From NCBI GenBank assembly GCA_964106645.2, contig OZ067045.1: 64,000 nt of DNA, one strand, 5' to 3'. Source of the DNA: Podarcis pityusensis (Eukaryota). Below the pieces are notes generated by a model. That model ran no database searches. It worked only from the letters and a program-made list of their open reading frames with translations, and had not been told where the DNA came from. The translations under genes and the position numbers were made by a program. Below are positions 1 through 10,800 of this stretch, in pieces; position 1 is the first letter of the stretch, and each line of letters opens with the position of its first letter.

Positions 1-891
1 GAGAGGGGAAGAACATCTCCCTAACTACTTTCTCAACACTATGGATAATTTTATACACATGTTCCCTCTTGCCTTAAAGCTGCAAATGTTGTAAAGGAGT
101 TGCTCCAATCCCTTCATCATCCCCCTTGAGGCATTCCCTTATTTGGGATGATAGTTGCTCTTTCTTAGCCTACATTCCAAGCCAGATCTGGGGGACCTTT
201 GACCTCCTGATGTTGCCATTGGCCATGCTTGCTGGGGCTGATGGGAGTTGTGGTTCAGCTGCATCTGGAGAGCCATGCATTCCACACACCCAAGGCAGAG
301 GTAGCGTGATGCCTTCTGTATGTTCTGGCCTACAACTCTCATTATTCCTGACTATTCATCATGCTGGTTGGGGCTGATAGAAATCAAAGTCCTAAACATC
401 TTGAGAGCACCACATTGGCTAAGCCTACCGTAAGGTCCCATGGAGACCGTTTCCAAGAGCTGGTCAAAGTCTGATCTGGGAGTTAGCCCTCATCCAAAAA
501 TCCAATTAAAAGTGGGGGAAAAGGCATCCCAGGCCCTGGAACTTCATATTTACTGAACATGACTGGAGGTAGGAAGAGAGAGCTGTAGACAATAAAAGAA
601 ACAGGGCACATTTTTGCAGAGGAATTTCACTGAGCTGTGAGGGCATGCTCTTGGTTTTGAGGGATCTGATTCTGCTTTAAAGATCAGCTGATTGTCTGTG
701 TGAAGATGGGCAACATTTGTAGAGGGGAGGGTGCCACTTAGAAACATCCTCAGTGCTTTTAATACAAATCTGCTCCCTCCTTCCTGGTTTTGCTCTGAAA
801 ACCCCATTTTGCAGCTTTTCAGAGTGCTTCAGTTTAGATGGAGCAAATAAATAAGCACAAAGGCACCATAAACCTTCTGTGTTCTCCCCGT

Positions 892-1342
892 CAGTGGCGT
901 AGCGTGGGGGGTGCAGGGGGGGCCGGCCGCACCGGGCGCAACATCTGGGGGGGGCGCTCGCACTCGCAGCTCTCTGCCCCTACCTGGCTCACTCACTCTC
1001 TCTCACTGCAGTGCTGGCTGTGCGAATCCGATCCGAGCCGCTGGGTCGCCGCCCACTGTGGAGGGGGTGGGTGCCAGGCGTGCGGTGCAGAGAGAGAGCG
1101 AGGGACTATCTGGGGGAGGGACAGTGCAGCGGCCGCCCAGCGCAGCGCTGAGCGCAGGAGAGAACCACACCAGACCAGCCCAGGCAGCAGCAAGAAGAAG
1201 CTGGCAGCGGCGGCAGGTTAGGGGGCGCAAATTACTTGCCTTGCCCCGTGTTAGGGGGCGCAAATTACTTGCCTTGCCCCGGGTTAGGGGGCGCAAATTA
1301 CTTGCCTTGCCCCGGGTGCTGACAACCCATGCTACGCCGCTG
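892..1342. mobile_element. Young non-autonomous hAT DNA transposon (MITE), 451 bp
   Basis: TIRs CAGTGGCGTAGCGTGGG (892) and CCCATGCTACGCCGCTG (ends 1342). Perfect 8-bp TSD CTCCCCGT at 884-891 and 1343-1350. CpG-rich relative to the flanks. Confidence 0.92.
1217..1315 (+). repeat. 33-bp tandem repeat x3 inside the hAT MITE
   Basis: Unit GTTAGGGGGCGCAAATTACTTGCCTTGCCCCG(T/G) repeated three times. Confidence 0.95.
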
Positions 1343-3204
1343 CTCCCCGTAGCAGAAAGCTGATGCTGTAAAAGGCTGCCCTCTCAGAACTGTCTGCTAT
1401 TTGGGGAAGTGAGGCCCACAAAATTATGACAAGCCTCCACCCTGAAAGCAAAACCAGAAGGGACAATGTTACCATGCTCCAAGTTCATGCCCTAACTTTG
1501 GGTGTCGAAAACCCTTCTTCTGCTTTTGATTTCTTGCAGACACTTCATCCAGACAGCATCAAGGGAAACTGGCTGGTCCCATCAGTTCCATAAATAACTT
1601 TTTCTCATGGCCAAGAGTCTGTGGAGAGTGCCAAGACAGGCTCAGGGTGCATCAAGATGCTACATGCCCTCTAAGCCTTGTTCAGCATTGCTGATAAACG
1701 TGGGTTCAGATCTTTGTCGTTCACCTTGATGCTGTGAAAGCCCTTGGGAGACAGTTTTTCCTAAGCAGTGACTTTCAAGCATTTTACTTCAAGGTGCACT
1801 TGAGAATCTGCCCCAGAACATACCACAACCTTTTTTATGTGCTTGCACGTTGCTGGTGTAGACTGCTAGTAGTGGTAATACACCACCCTACCACTACTGG
1901 GAAGCTGCTGAGAACTTTCCAAGAAAGTCCAAGTTCTCCAGAAAGTTCTTCCAAGTTCTTCCAAGTTCTCCAGAAAATGATTGCTCAAAAACAGCATCTA
2001 GGCACTGCTTCATGTAATACATTTCTGGGAAAGACCTATAGGTCTTGCATGCCTTCTTCTAGAGCATGGCATGCCAGCGCTGAGTGAACTAGAATAGTCT
2101 GGAGACTGATGAGCTGTTTCTGTTCTTACAGGGGTGTCACTTGCCAGTCACCGGACAATACTGGCAAACAATATTTCTGCTTTTGTTTCACTGACAAACA
2201 GGTCACATTGCCCATATGACTAGCTGGCTTGTGTATTGTGCTTTCTTTGAGCTCATTCTCCTAGCCTAGCAGCTGAGCCCAAAGGCAGATGAGTGGGAGC
2301 TGGGAGCTGGGGACCAGGAACTGAGTCTAGAATGATGCTCCACAGAGCATCATTGCATACAGGAACTAGAGCAACTTTGAAGCAAGAAGATGGACCATCC
2401 ATACCTCTGAAGCTGTCGCTTTATGGAAACATTTGTTCTTTTTTTCTCTGGAAATTTTAATCTGTGGCTCCATCATCATGGAGAATTATTTCCATGTATC
2501 ATACTGGCTGATCGAAGCTTGCACAATGCAGAAAGCAGGATTCTATGATTCATTAAATCTAATTTATTGCATGTGTAATTAGGCACCTCTTACTTGAACC
2601 AAGGTCTCCAGAGATAATAATACTTGGAACTTATATGGGTGTCTTTCATCTTCAAAGTGCTTTACAAACATTAGCTAATTAACAACATAATGAGACATGA
2701 AAGGACAGCGTCCTTTACCCACCAGGCTGCCTAACCTTGCATAATTCAGATTTTGATGTTTGGAAATGTAGTAAGTAGCTCTTTTCCCAATCAAAAGGAA
2801 AAAAAGATGCTAATATAGTTACAATATAACAATTCTCTTGCCCAGTACCATTTTCGCTCTCAATGGCAGTGAGGAAAGCACTGTGTTTCAACCATGAAAT
2901 CCATTTCAGTCAAAGGACATTTTATCTCAATAGTTCTGGCAGATTGTGTATTTTGCTTTATTCAGAGGTTTCTCATTGACTAGAAGAGGCTTGCATGCTG
3001 AGTGTGATTTACAGAGCCACAAGGTGAAAGCTGCCCTGATTTTATTGATTTACAGTGCAGCCTTATGCATGTCTACTCAGAAGTAACATGATGCCCTTCA
3101 GATGCTTTGGGCTACAGCTCCCTTCACGAAACATGGCCATTTTCAGTGCTTGCTGGGGTTGATGGGAGTTGTGGTCCAGAATATCTGGATGGCACTGGGC
3201 TTGG

Positions 3205-3335
3205 AGAGGGTTTACCTCCAGCATGGTAAAAAGCCAGAACCCACCTGGAGTACCGTGTCCAGTTCCAAGCACCACATTTTGAGAAGGATATTGACAAGCT
3301 GAAACATGTTTAGAGGAGGGCGACCAAGATGATGT
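3205..3335 (+). mobile_element. CR1 LINE ORF2 fragment, degenerate
   Basis: CCACATTTTGAGAAGGATATTGACAAGCTGAAACATGTTTAGAGGAGGGCGACCAAGATG resembles the CR1 RT C-terminal PHFKKDIDKLERVQRRATKM segment. Confidence 0.7.
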
Positions 3336-3952
3336 ATGCAGAGATAGCACACATACCACACATCTCAAACAAATGCAAAGCACTTGGCTTCTCCCAAAGA
3401 ATCCTGGGAACTGCAGTGTGTTAAGGGTGCTGCGAATTATAGCTCTGTGAGGGGCAAAACTGCAGTTCCCAGGATTCTTTCTGCAAGGGGATGGTGATTG
3501 GCTTTAAACGTATGGTGTGTACACAGTCACAAATGAGAATTAATATCAGCCCGCTAAAGAGAGAGGCCTGTACATCTGCCTGCTTGTTCCTTGTCTGCGT
3601 TCTGTATACAAGATGTACAGAAATAGCAATAACATCCTACTAGACATGTAAATAGGATTATGGGGCGGATTTCAATGTCTCTTTTGCCAATTTCACAATC
3701 CTCACCCTCGTCTTGTAGTCATTTCCCCTTTTATGAAAACTAAAAGGAGCCTTAGATATATAGATTTTTTTAAAAAAATGCCATTATTACTCACTCCCAG
3801 ACTCAGTAACTCTAATAAGCTATAAACAGGATTTTTTTTTTTTTAAGTTGCTTTTCTAAATATTTTAGGAAATGCTGCTAAACGGCTGAGGTCTACAGTA
3901 TCTTCTTTTGAATAAGGACTTTGTGACTCTGTGCAGGGTTACTTATGGGCAG

Positions 3953-4147
3953 AAACATAGGAGCCTGCCTTACACCAAATTAGACTGATGGTCCATCTGG
4001 CTCAGCAATGTCTACACTGACTGGTGGCAGCTCTCATGAGTTTCAGGGAGAAAGGCTCCCTCAGTCTTATCTGGAGATGCCTGGGACTGAACCTGGGACC
4101 TTTTGTGTGCAAAGAAGATGCTCTGCCACAGAGCTATGTCCTTTCCC
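3953..4147 (-). mobile_element. tRNA-derived squamate SINE
   Basis: The minus strand begins GGGAAAGGACATAGCTCTGTGGCAGAGCATC...GGTCCCAGGTTCAGTCCC (A/B-box-like). Related copies lie near 6090-6200, 29250-29345, 31545-31705, 35718-35902 and 45040-45590. Confidence 0.75.
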
Positions 4148-4384
4148 TTTTGGAGTCCTGCCCTTTGCCTCAGGCAACAAAACATTGTGGACTGGCCCTG
4201 CTTAAGAATATGTGAATCCCCACCCTGGTAAAAACACACCCACCCCTAGATCCTGCCCTGCCTATCTTTCCTATATTATCATACAAATCCTGGGATGCAA
4301 GGCACAATTGCACCTCTATCTTCTTAGGATTGCTATGTTCTGCCTTTACTGTTGGAGGCAGTATCCCTTACCTGAGAACCACAG

Positions 4385-4620
4385 GTAAGAACATGAGAAA
4401 CTAAGAAGCGCCTGATGGCTGAGACCACTGGCCTTCCTGATGCAGCACCCTGTTCTCACAGTGGCCACCCAGATGGCTGTGGCGAACATACACTGCAGCC
4501 ACAGATGAGGACAGTGCTGTTGCAAGTTTTCCACAGGCATCTGGGTGGCCACTGCGAGAACAGGAAGCTAGATTAGATGGGCCACTGGTCTGATCCAGGA
4601 TGCTCTGCTTATGTTCTTAC
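4385..4620. repeat. Inverted pair of a squamate interspersed repeat forming a fold-back
   Basis: Termini GTAAGAACAT / ATGTTCTTAC. Inner arms CTGTTCTCACAGTGGCCACCCAGATG / CATCTGGGTGGCCACTGCGAGAACAG. Confidence 0.8.
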
Positions 4621-7218
4621 AACAGAGCACTAAGGTGTGGGGGGAGAAGATACCTAAGAAATAAATGGAAGAGCTGAGTTTGCTTCAGCCATTGTCAGTC
4701 TCCATGAATCTGTGCATGGATTTGATCCGGCTTAGGGGACCAATCTTTTTTGTACAGAAAACAAAACAAAAGGGGAGAGGCCCTTTAATTTTCTTAAGGC
4801 AAGGATATGAGAAGGGAACCCTTTGTGGCCGTTGCAGATATATAGGAGGTGAATAATGAAAATCAGGGTGAGTAGGAGCCCCCTGCGGAGAAGAAATTCA
4901 GTTCTGCCATCCAAGTAGGAAATGTTTTATGTGTGAGTAATAATGCGGTTTATGGTTTTCTTGTAATGCATTGTCCAAACTTTAATCTCGAATCATTTAT
5001 CAAAGTTTTCTATTGTGCTGTACTAATGGATCTCTTTAGCAAAGCAGTGAAAAAGTCTGCACCTCCAGCAAAAGTAGCAAAACTGCCATTTATCTTTCTG
5101 CAGCCCCTTTGGCAGGAAGGTGAAGGGGGGAAAAAGAGAAGAGGAAGAAGAAGTAACTTACCAGTAACAGTGACCCTGCAAAGATCTAAAGTACGGATGA
5201 ACCAGACCTCATACCTTGTTCTGATTGGGAACCTGAGGAGCCCCTCTGAGAAATGTTGCTGTTGAACCCCCCCCCCCTGCCCATTTTTGCTTCCCTTGTT
5301 TGTTTGTTTTAAATGTTTTGCTTGAGCATTCAGAAGCTGGCCTGCACTAAGTCAGACCCACTGAGCCATCTTGCCTGCTACTGTCTGCATCAAAGGTGGG
5401 ACAACTTTTTCAGCCTGGGGGCAGATATCTGAGGGCAGCGGGTGGGGTTATGCACCAGAGGTGAGTGGAGCCAGAGCCAAAATGGGTGGAGCCTATTAAA
5501 AGAGTGGTGCTGGAACAAGAGATGTGACTCTTGCCTCTGTACGTTAAGCTGCCTCCGAGTCATACAGTAATCAAAGGTTTCTATGCTCAATCCCAATACC
5601 CACACTGCCTCTCCATTCATTCTCCATCCAGACAGGCGGAAGGCAAAATGACTCCAGGAGGATGTGGAGCAGAGCCAATGAGAGGCACGAGTTGGGGGAA
5701 GGTGCATGGCCTGAGGACCAAATAGATAGGCATGGAGACCCAGATTTGGACCATGGGTAGGAGAACTTTTGGGGGTCACATGCTACAGGTGGTTGGAGCC
5801 AGAGACAAAGTGAGTGGGACCTCTGTACAGTAGTTTAGTTTCTACAGTCACTTGTGGCCCTCTCTGTCCTTCATCCAGACAAGCAAGAGGCTGAGCTCAA
5901 GGCCACCTTCCAGTCTGGCCAAAACATCCAAGGGCAATAGGAAGGCAAGCTGGTTAGGTGTGAGGTGTTGCATAAAGGGAGTGTGGCCTGGGGAGGGGAG
6001 TGTGGCCTGAGGGAATTCCAAAGGGCTGCACATAGAGGTCTGGTGGGTTGCATTTGCTCCCACCTGAGTTTCTCCAGCCCTGGCTGAGAGGGGCTTTCCA
6101 TCATTTCAGGTGAGAGCCTTTCCCAGCCCTGCTGGAAGATGCTGGGCATTAAACCTGGAACCTTCTCTATGCAAGGCACACATTCTGTCACTGAACGATG
6201 GACACTTCTCCACCTAGGGGCAGTCCACTCATTAGCTTCGGTGAGGCCATCATCTCAGGTGGCAGGATGGAGCCAGCTGGGAGGAGTAGAAAATCTGGGT
6301 CCTTGATGAGTGTGCCTCCTGCTTTTGTCATCCATGGCTGCCACCTGGGAAGAGCAGGGTCCCAACTGAGGCCACTTTCCCCTCTCTGGACTCATTTTTT
6401 CTCCCCCACTGCCATCGGCACACCAGGATCTTCCTGCCTCACCCCCCTCCAGTTGTCTCAGGCAGCAACAGAGGAGGAGGAAGAAGAGGAGGCAGTGGGT
6501 GTGTGTGTGCCATTTTCTGTTTTGCCTCAAGTGGCAAAATGCCTTGGGCTGGGCCAGCCCTCCCCCCAAGGACTAGGGACATAGGAAGCTAGCGTGTGCT
6601 AATGTCTTTGCAGGGTTCATGTGTTTGCCTACACAGAAGTCAGAAAAGCCTATCTGGTTTCTCCCAGACAATTGCATCCTTTCTTTACTTGTGCCATGAA
6701 ACCTTCATGGACTGAAGAGCAAAAGCAAAAAAATCACTTTTCTCAGAAAAGCAAATGAATGAGAAACTCTTTCTTCTTTCATGGCTTAGTTACAGAGAGG
6801 TGGAAGGGGGGGGGGAGAGACATATTTTTAGCACTTGGGTTTTCATGAAAATGTATAAAACACCTCCATCTTACTCCTGATTTATTATTGTATTAGGCAA
6901 AACCAACACACAGTACATAAAACAGTGAGCATTGGCTGCTCTTAACCTGATCTAGCTTGTTATCTGTGGTTCTGAGTACATTTTATAACCCTGGCTGTCG
7001 AATTGGAAAAGGGGAAAAAAATAAATAAAAGAGGGGGGCAATACAAGCATCAATCTCCCGGATAAAAATCAGACCACTTTCTACCACAGTTTGACCTTAG
7101 TGATGCCTTTGGATAGTCTTACTTGTCTAAGTCCTCACAGCAATTACCAAGGGACAGTTTGAAAATGGAGCTTTTATGGTGAGGTCTGGAATTACCAGCT
7201 GCAGCAAAGTCTTAAGGA

Positions 7219-7235
7219 ACACACACACGCACGTG

Positions 7236-7268
<33 letters not shown>

Positions 7269-7281
7269 GGAGGGAGAGAGA
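7219..7281. repeat. Compound (AC)n/(AG)n microsatellite
   Basis: Read directly from the sequence. Confidence 0.9.
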
Positions 7282-7595
7282 GCGCAACTTCCCAGCAGTA
7301 GGAAGAATTTGATAGAATTCTCCTGCCGCCCAAAGAAAAGAAAGGGCTGACAAATCCCATATATAATTTTCTGCACATTTGAAATCTGAAGCATGAGTTG
7401 AATGCTCAGAAGGGTATTTGGGGGGAAGCAAGAAGCAGGACTGGCAACTCGGGATATTTGAGAATTCCGACATGAACAGAACTGGGAGCCTAAATTGCCA
7501 AGGTTCACTTATTGGTTCCAGGTCCGGAATAGAAATCAGTTTAGTGAACCTGATTGCTATTCACTGTTGTTATTGCTATTCACTGTTGTTATTGC

Positions 7596-7824
7596 ATGGT
7601 GTAGTGGTTAAGAGCGGTGGACTGGTAATCTGGTGAACTGGGTTCGATTCCCCGCTCCTCCACATGCAGCTGCTGGGCTAGTCTCACTTCTTTGAAGTCT
7701 CTCGGCCTCACCCACCTCACAGAGTGCTTGTTGTGGAGGAGGAAGGGAAAGGAGAATGTTAGCCGTTTTGAGACTCCTTTGGGTAGTGATAAAGCGGGAT
7801 GTGAAATCCAAACTCTTCTTCTTC
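7596..7824 (+). mobile_element. tRNA-derived SINE with CORE/MIR-like body (Squam3-like), 5'-trimmed, with an internal deletion
   Basis: TGGTGTAGTGGTTAAGAGC A-box, GGTTCGATTCCC B-box, and a (CTT)n tail. Near-identical to the copies at 58217-58450 and 59111-59326. Confidence 0.88.
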
Positions 7825-7837
7825 AGCTCACCAATGA

Positions 7838-8055
7838 TACATAAGAACAGAGCCCGCTGGATCAGGTCAATGACCCTTCTAGTCCAGCATCGTCTTCTCA
7901 TGAGGGGCCAACAAATGTTGGTGGAAACCCTCAAGCAGCACCCCAGCACAACAGCCCTCTCCCCTCCTGGGGTTTCCAGTAACTGGCATTCAGAAGCATT
8001 ACTGCCTCTAACTGTGATAGTAGCCATTGATAGCCTTCTCCTCTCAGAATTTGTC
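7838..8055. mobile_element. Squamate interspersed repeat (same family as the 4385-4620 arms and copies at 18212, 54950 and 62445)
   Basis: ACATAAGAACAGAGCCCGCTGGATCAGG...CTAGTCCAGCATC is shared among several copies in the window. Confidence 0.65.
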
Positions 8056-9556
8056 TCATCCTCTCGAATCAAAAGTGGGAGCAGGCAAGCTTCCTGCCCC
8101 AATAAAAGAAGTCAAAAGTACTTGGAACCCAATTATGGGTCTAAAGCTGAGGTAAAAAGGAAAGGACTTGCCTAGATAAAGATGGCACTTGGAAAGCCTC
8201 CCTTGAGAGAGCATTCCACAAGCAGGGAGCCACCACTGAAGAGGCCTGCTTTGATATTGCCAACCTGCAGGCCTCCCAAGGCAGGGCTGGGTGATAAATA
8301 GCACTTTGAGCCTCAGAGGAATCAGACTGTTCCACACTCTTGTTTCTGGAGATAATCTTGTACCGCTGGAGTACTGGTGCTGGCAGTCATCCCTTATCTA
8401 AATTCCTAGTAAAATATTTGAAACATTAAAAAAAATCGAAAAATGCACATGGGAGAGCTAGACCAGGGAACCATGACTATATTAAATTGCTTTAGAAAGA
8501 ATTTAACAGTTCGAAGATCTGACACAAGGAATGTTTGAAGGAAAGACAATTTCCCCTTCATTTTTTTCAAACAATTTCTTCAAAGATAGTGACTTTATTT
8601 TAGTGTTTAATTTTACGCTCTGGAAAAAAAACTTGTTTTTAAAAATCGACAGATAATAACTGTAAGGGGGGGAATGAAAAAGAAACGAGCAATTTTGAGC
8701 CCTTTTACTGTAGAGGGGATGATTATTAAGATAAATACCAGGCAAAAAGAATCTGGAGTTAATTATATTCCATATAATCAGACATTGGTTGACTTGTAAT
8801 TTATTGCTCCCTAATTTGCATTTATTATCAAAGATAATCCATTTCCAGGAAGTGCAAAATAACATGATATAAGTAGTGATCAGGAAGGCATGCTTTTAGC
8901 TAACTTCAAAACTCTGCTCTAGTCTTTTCAGAACCAATTACATACAATTTCAGGAAATAACACACCAAAGGCTCTCAGGCAGCTTGTAATTGTCAGTGCA
9001 AAAAATAAAAATAAAAATAAAAGAAGAAGTTCTTTGGGTTGGAAAATATCGTGATTTCCAACAGAAGGTATTCATTCTCTGAGTGTTATAAAAATACACC
9101 AAAGCAGGTGGACTAATGTAGCTGTCAGAAGCAGAACATTTGTAGAGTTGAGGCCTGTGCTTGGATCCTGTTCAGGCGCAAACAAGGAAAAAAAAAATCA
9201 GTAGAACTATAAGTTCTTACCAACAAAGCAAAACAAAACAAAATTGGCAAGCATCTCTGCCTTGAATTAAGACCTGCCTTCTATTGAAGACCAGCTAATT
9301 AATCTCTGCAGAACACCAAGGACTGCAGACTTTGTTATAACGTGCAAGCTGGGTTTGGCATGCAATGTACTATCACCTTTTTCCTGGAGTGAATCAAGAT
9401 AATAAAAAAGAAAAGAAAACCATTGGGGTGATTCAGTCTCTCCCAACTTTTTTCGGACTGATGCATGGGATTGCCCTTCTGCCACCGCCTTTCAAAGCTG
9501 CCATTACCTGCAGACAGCTGTGCCTGCCTGTCTGCATTTGCACTGTGAACCATGCC

Positions 9557-9557
<1 letters not shown>

Positions 9558-9593
<36 letters not shown>
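9558..9593. repeat. (TTA)n microsatellite
   Basis: Read directly from the sequence. Confidence 0.95.
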
Positions 9594-9597
<4 letters not shown>

Positions 9598-10479
9598 TTA
9601 CAGAATGACATAAGCACCGGCTGAAACCTTTTGGGTTACCCAGTGAACTACACTGATAGGTTGCAAATGAGTCACACCAGCAGGAAGAAACAGATCAAAC
9701 AGCGTCAAGCCTCTTCTTCAAAGAGCCTTACAATGTCATTCTGGTTGGAAGGTGGGGAGAAATAACAAATGGAGAGGGGCGGAGATGGGGGTCAGGAATC
9801 TGAGCCTGTACAGTTCCTGGCATTCTTAGGCACTGTGGACAAACAGGCATCAATGGCCAGGAGGAGGAACACTCCAGAGGGACTCCTGTCAATGGGTCTG
9901 CTGGGTCGTGGGCCCTCGACAAGTGCCTATGGCAGCTGGACTCAGGTAAACAGACTGCTTGATGATTGCAGCATCAACTGCATGCGCAAACAAGCCCTTA
10001 TAGGCTGTAGACCGGGGATGGGGAACCTCAGCCCTCCAGGGTCCAAACGTAACCCTCCAGGCAACTGTATTTGGCTCTGGGGATTCTTCCCAGGGCAATC
10101 CCCCTCCCCACAGACCACCCTCTTTTGAGTGTTTATCTGGCTGGAACGTACCACTGAATGGGAATAATGCATCCTCCTTCCTTGGATGGAAATATGTCTA
10201 TGTTAAAAACAAAACAAACAGAAACCTCTGACTTTTACATGACTGGAATATGATCTGTTGTGATAAGGGTAAAAGCTACATCCGTCTGCCCACATTGCAA
10301 CTGACCCATCTCCCACCCCTGTTATGGGCACCCCAGAAAGTTGCCTGTGAAGGAATGCAGCCCTTGAGGGGTGGCTATATCCAACTGTTATTCATTTATA
10401 TTCATTTATTATTGCATTTATATTCCACCTTGTTCACCAAGGAGCTTAAGGCTGCATACATGGTTCTCCCCCTCCTCAT

Positions 10480-10800
10480 TTTAAAAAAATTGTTTTTATT
10501 AAAGATTTTCTTGGGTTACAGTTCATAGAGTTCTTTCTACAGATCATTCATATTCGATGTGCGACACTGATGTTATAGACAGTATAAAGTTGAGGGAGAA
10601 GTGAGGTGGGGAGAGAGAGCAGGGTGAGGAGAAGGGGGTAGTAAAATTTCATTCTTCTACATAGTGTATGTGTAAGGTTTTCGTGTCAGCATCATTTAAT
10701 ACAATAAATCTTGGGCTGGGGTATTGTTCGGCAGTTTTGTTTGGGGGTTGCTGCTGCTGTGGGTTTGTGTATCTTTACTTTAGCTCTTTCTGTGATTTAT
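10480..10800 (-). mobile_element. Probable L1 3' UTR fragment interrupting a MIR-like SINE
   Basis: Begins TTTTTATTAAAGATTTTCTTG (AATAAA-bearing A-rich end on the minus strand) directly after MIR-like CCAAGGAGCTTAAGGCTGCATACATGGTTCTCCCCCTCCTCATTT. MIR-like sequence reappears near 11780. Confidence 0.45.

Noticed and set aside
1217-1315. CRISPR-like 33-bp direct repeats
   Set aside because: The repeats are contiguous with no spacers, the context is eukaryotic, and there are no cas genes.
838-1363. ORFs of 127 and 150 aa with RVRGRKLLALP repeats
   Set aside because: They result from the GC-rich hAT MITE and its 33-bp tandem repeat; there is no transposase similarity.
1915-1976. Short CCAAGTTCT(T) repeats
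   Set aside because: A low-complexity degenerate repeat with no further structure.
5162-5175. Possible minus-strand microexon TTGCAG|GGTCACTGTTACTG|GTAAGT
   Set aside because: It is 14 nt and not frame-preserving, the pyrimidine tract is weak, and no partner exons were found. It cannot be supported without RNA data.
7608-8175. 164-aa and 139-aa overlapping ORFs
   Set aside because: They span two adjacent SINE-type repeats, and the same peptides recur at 58316 and 59110-59620.
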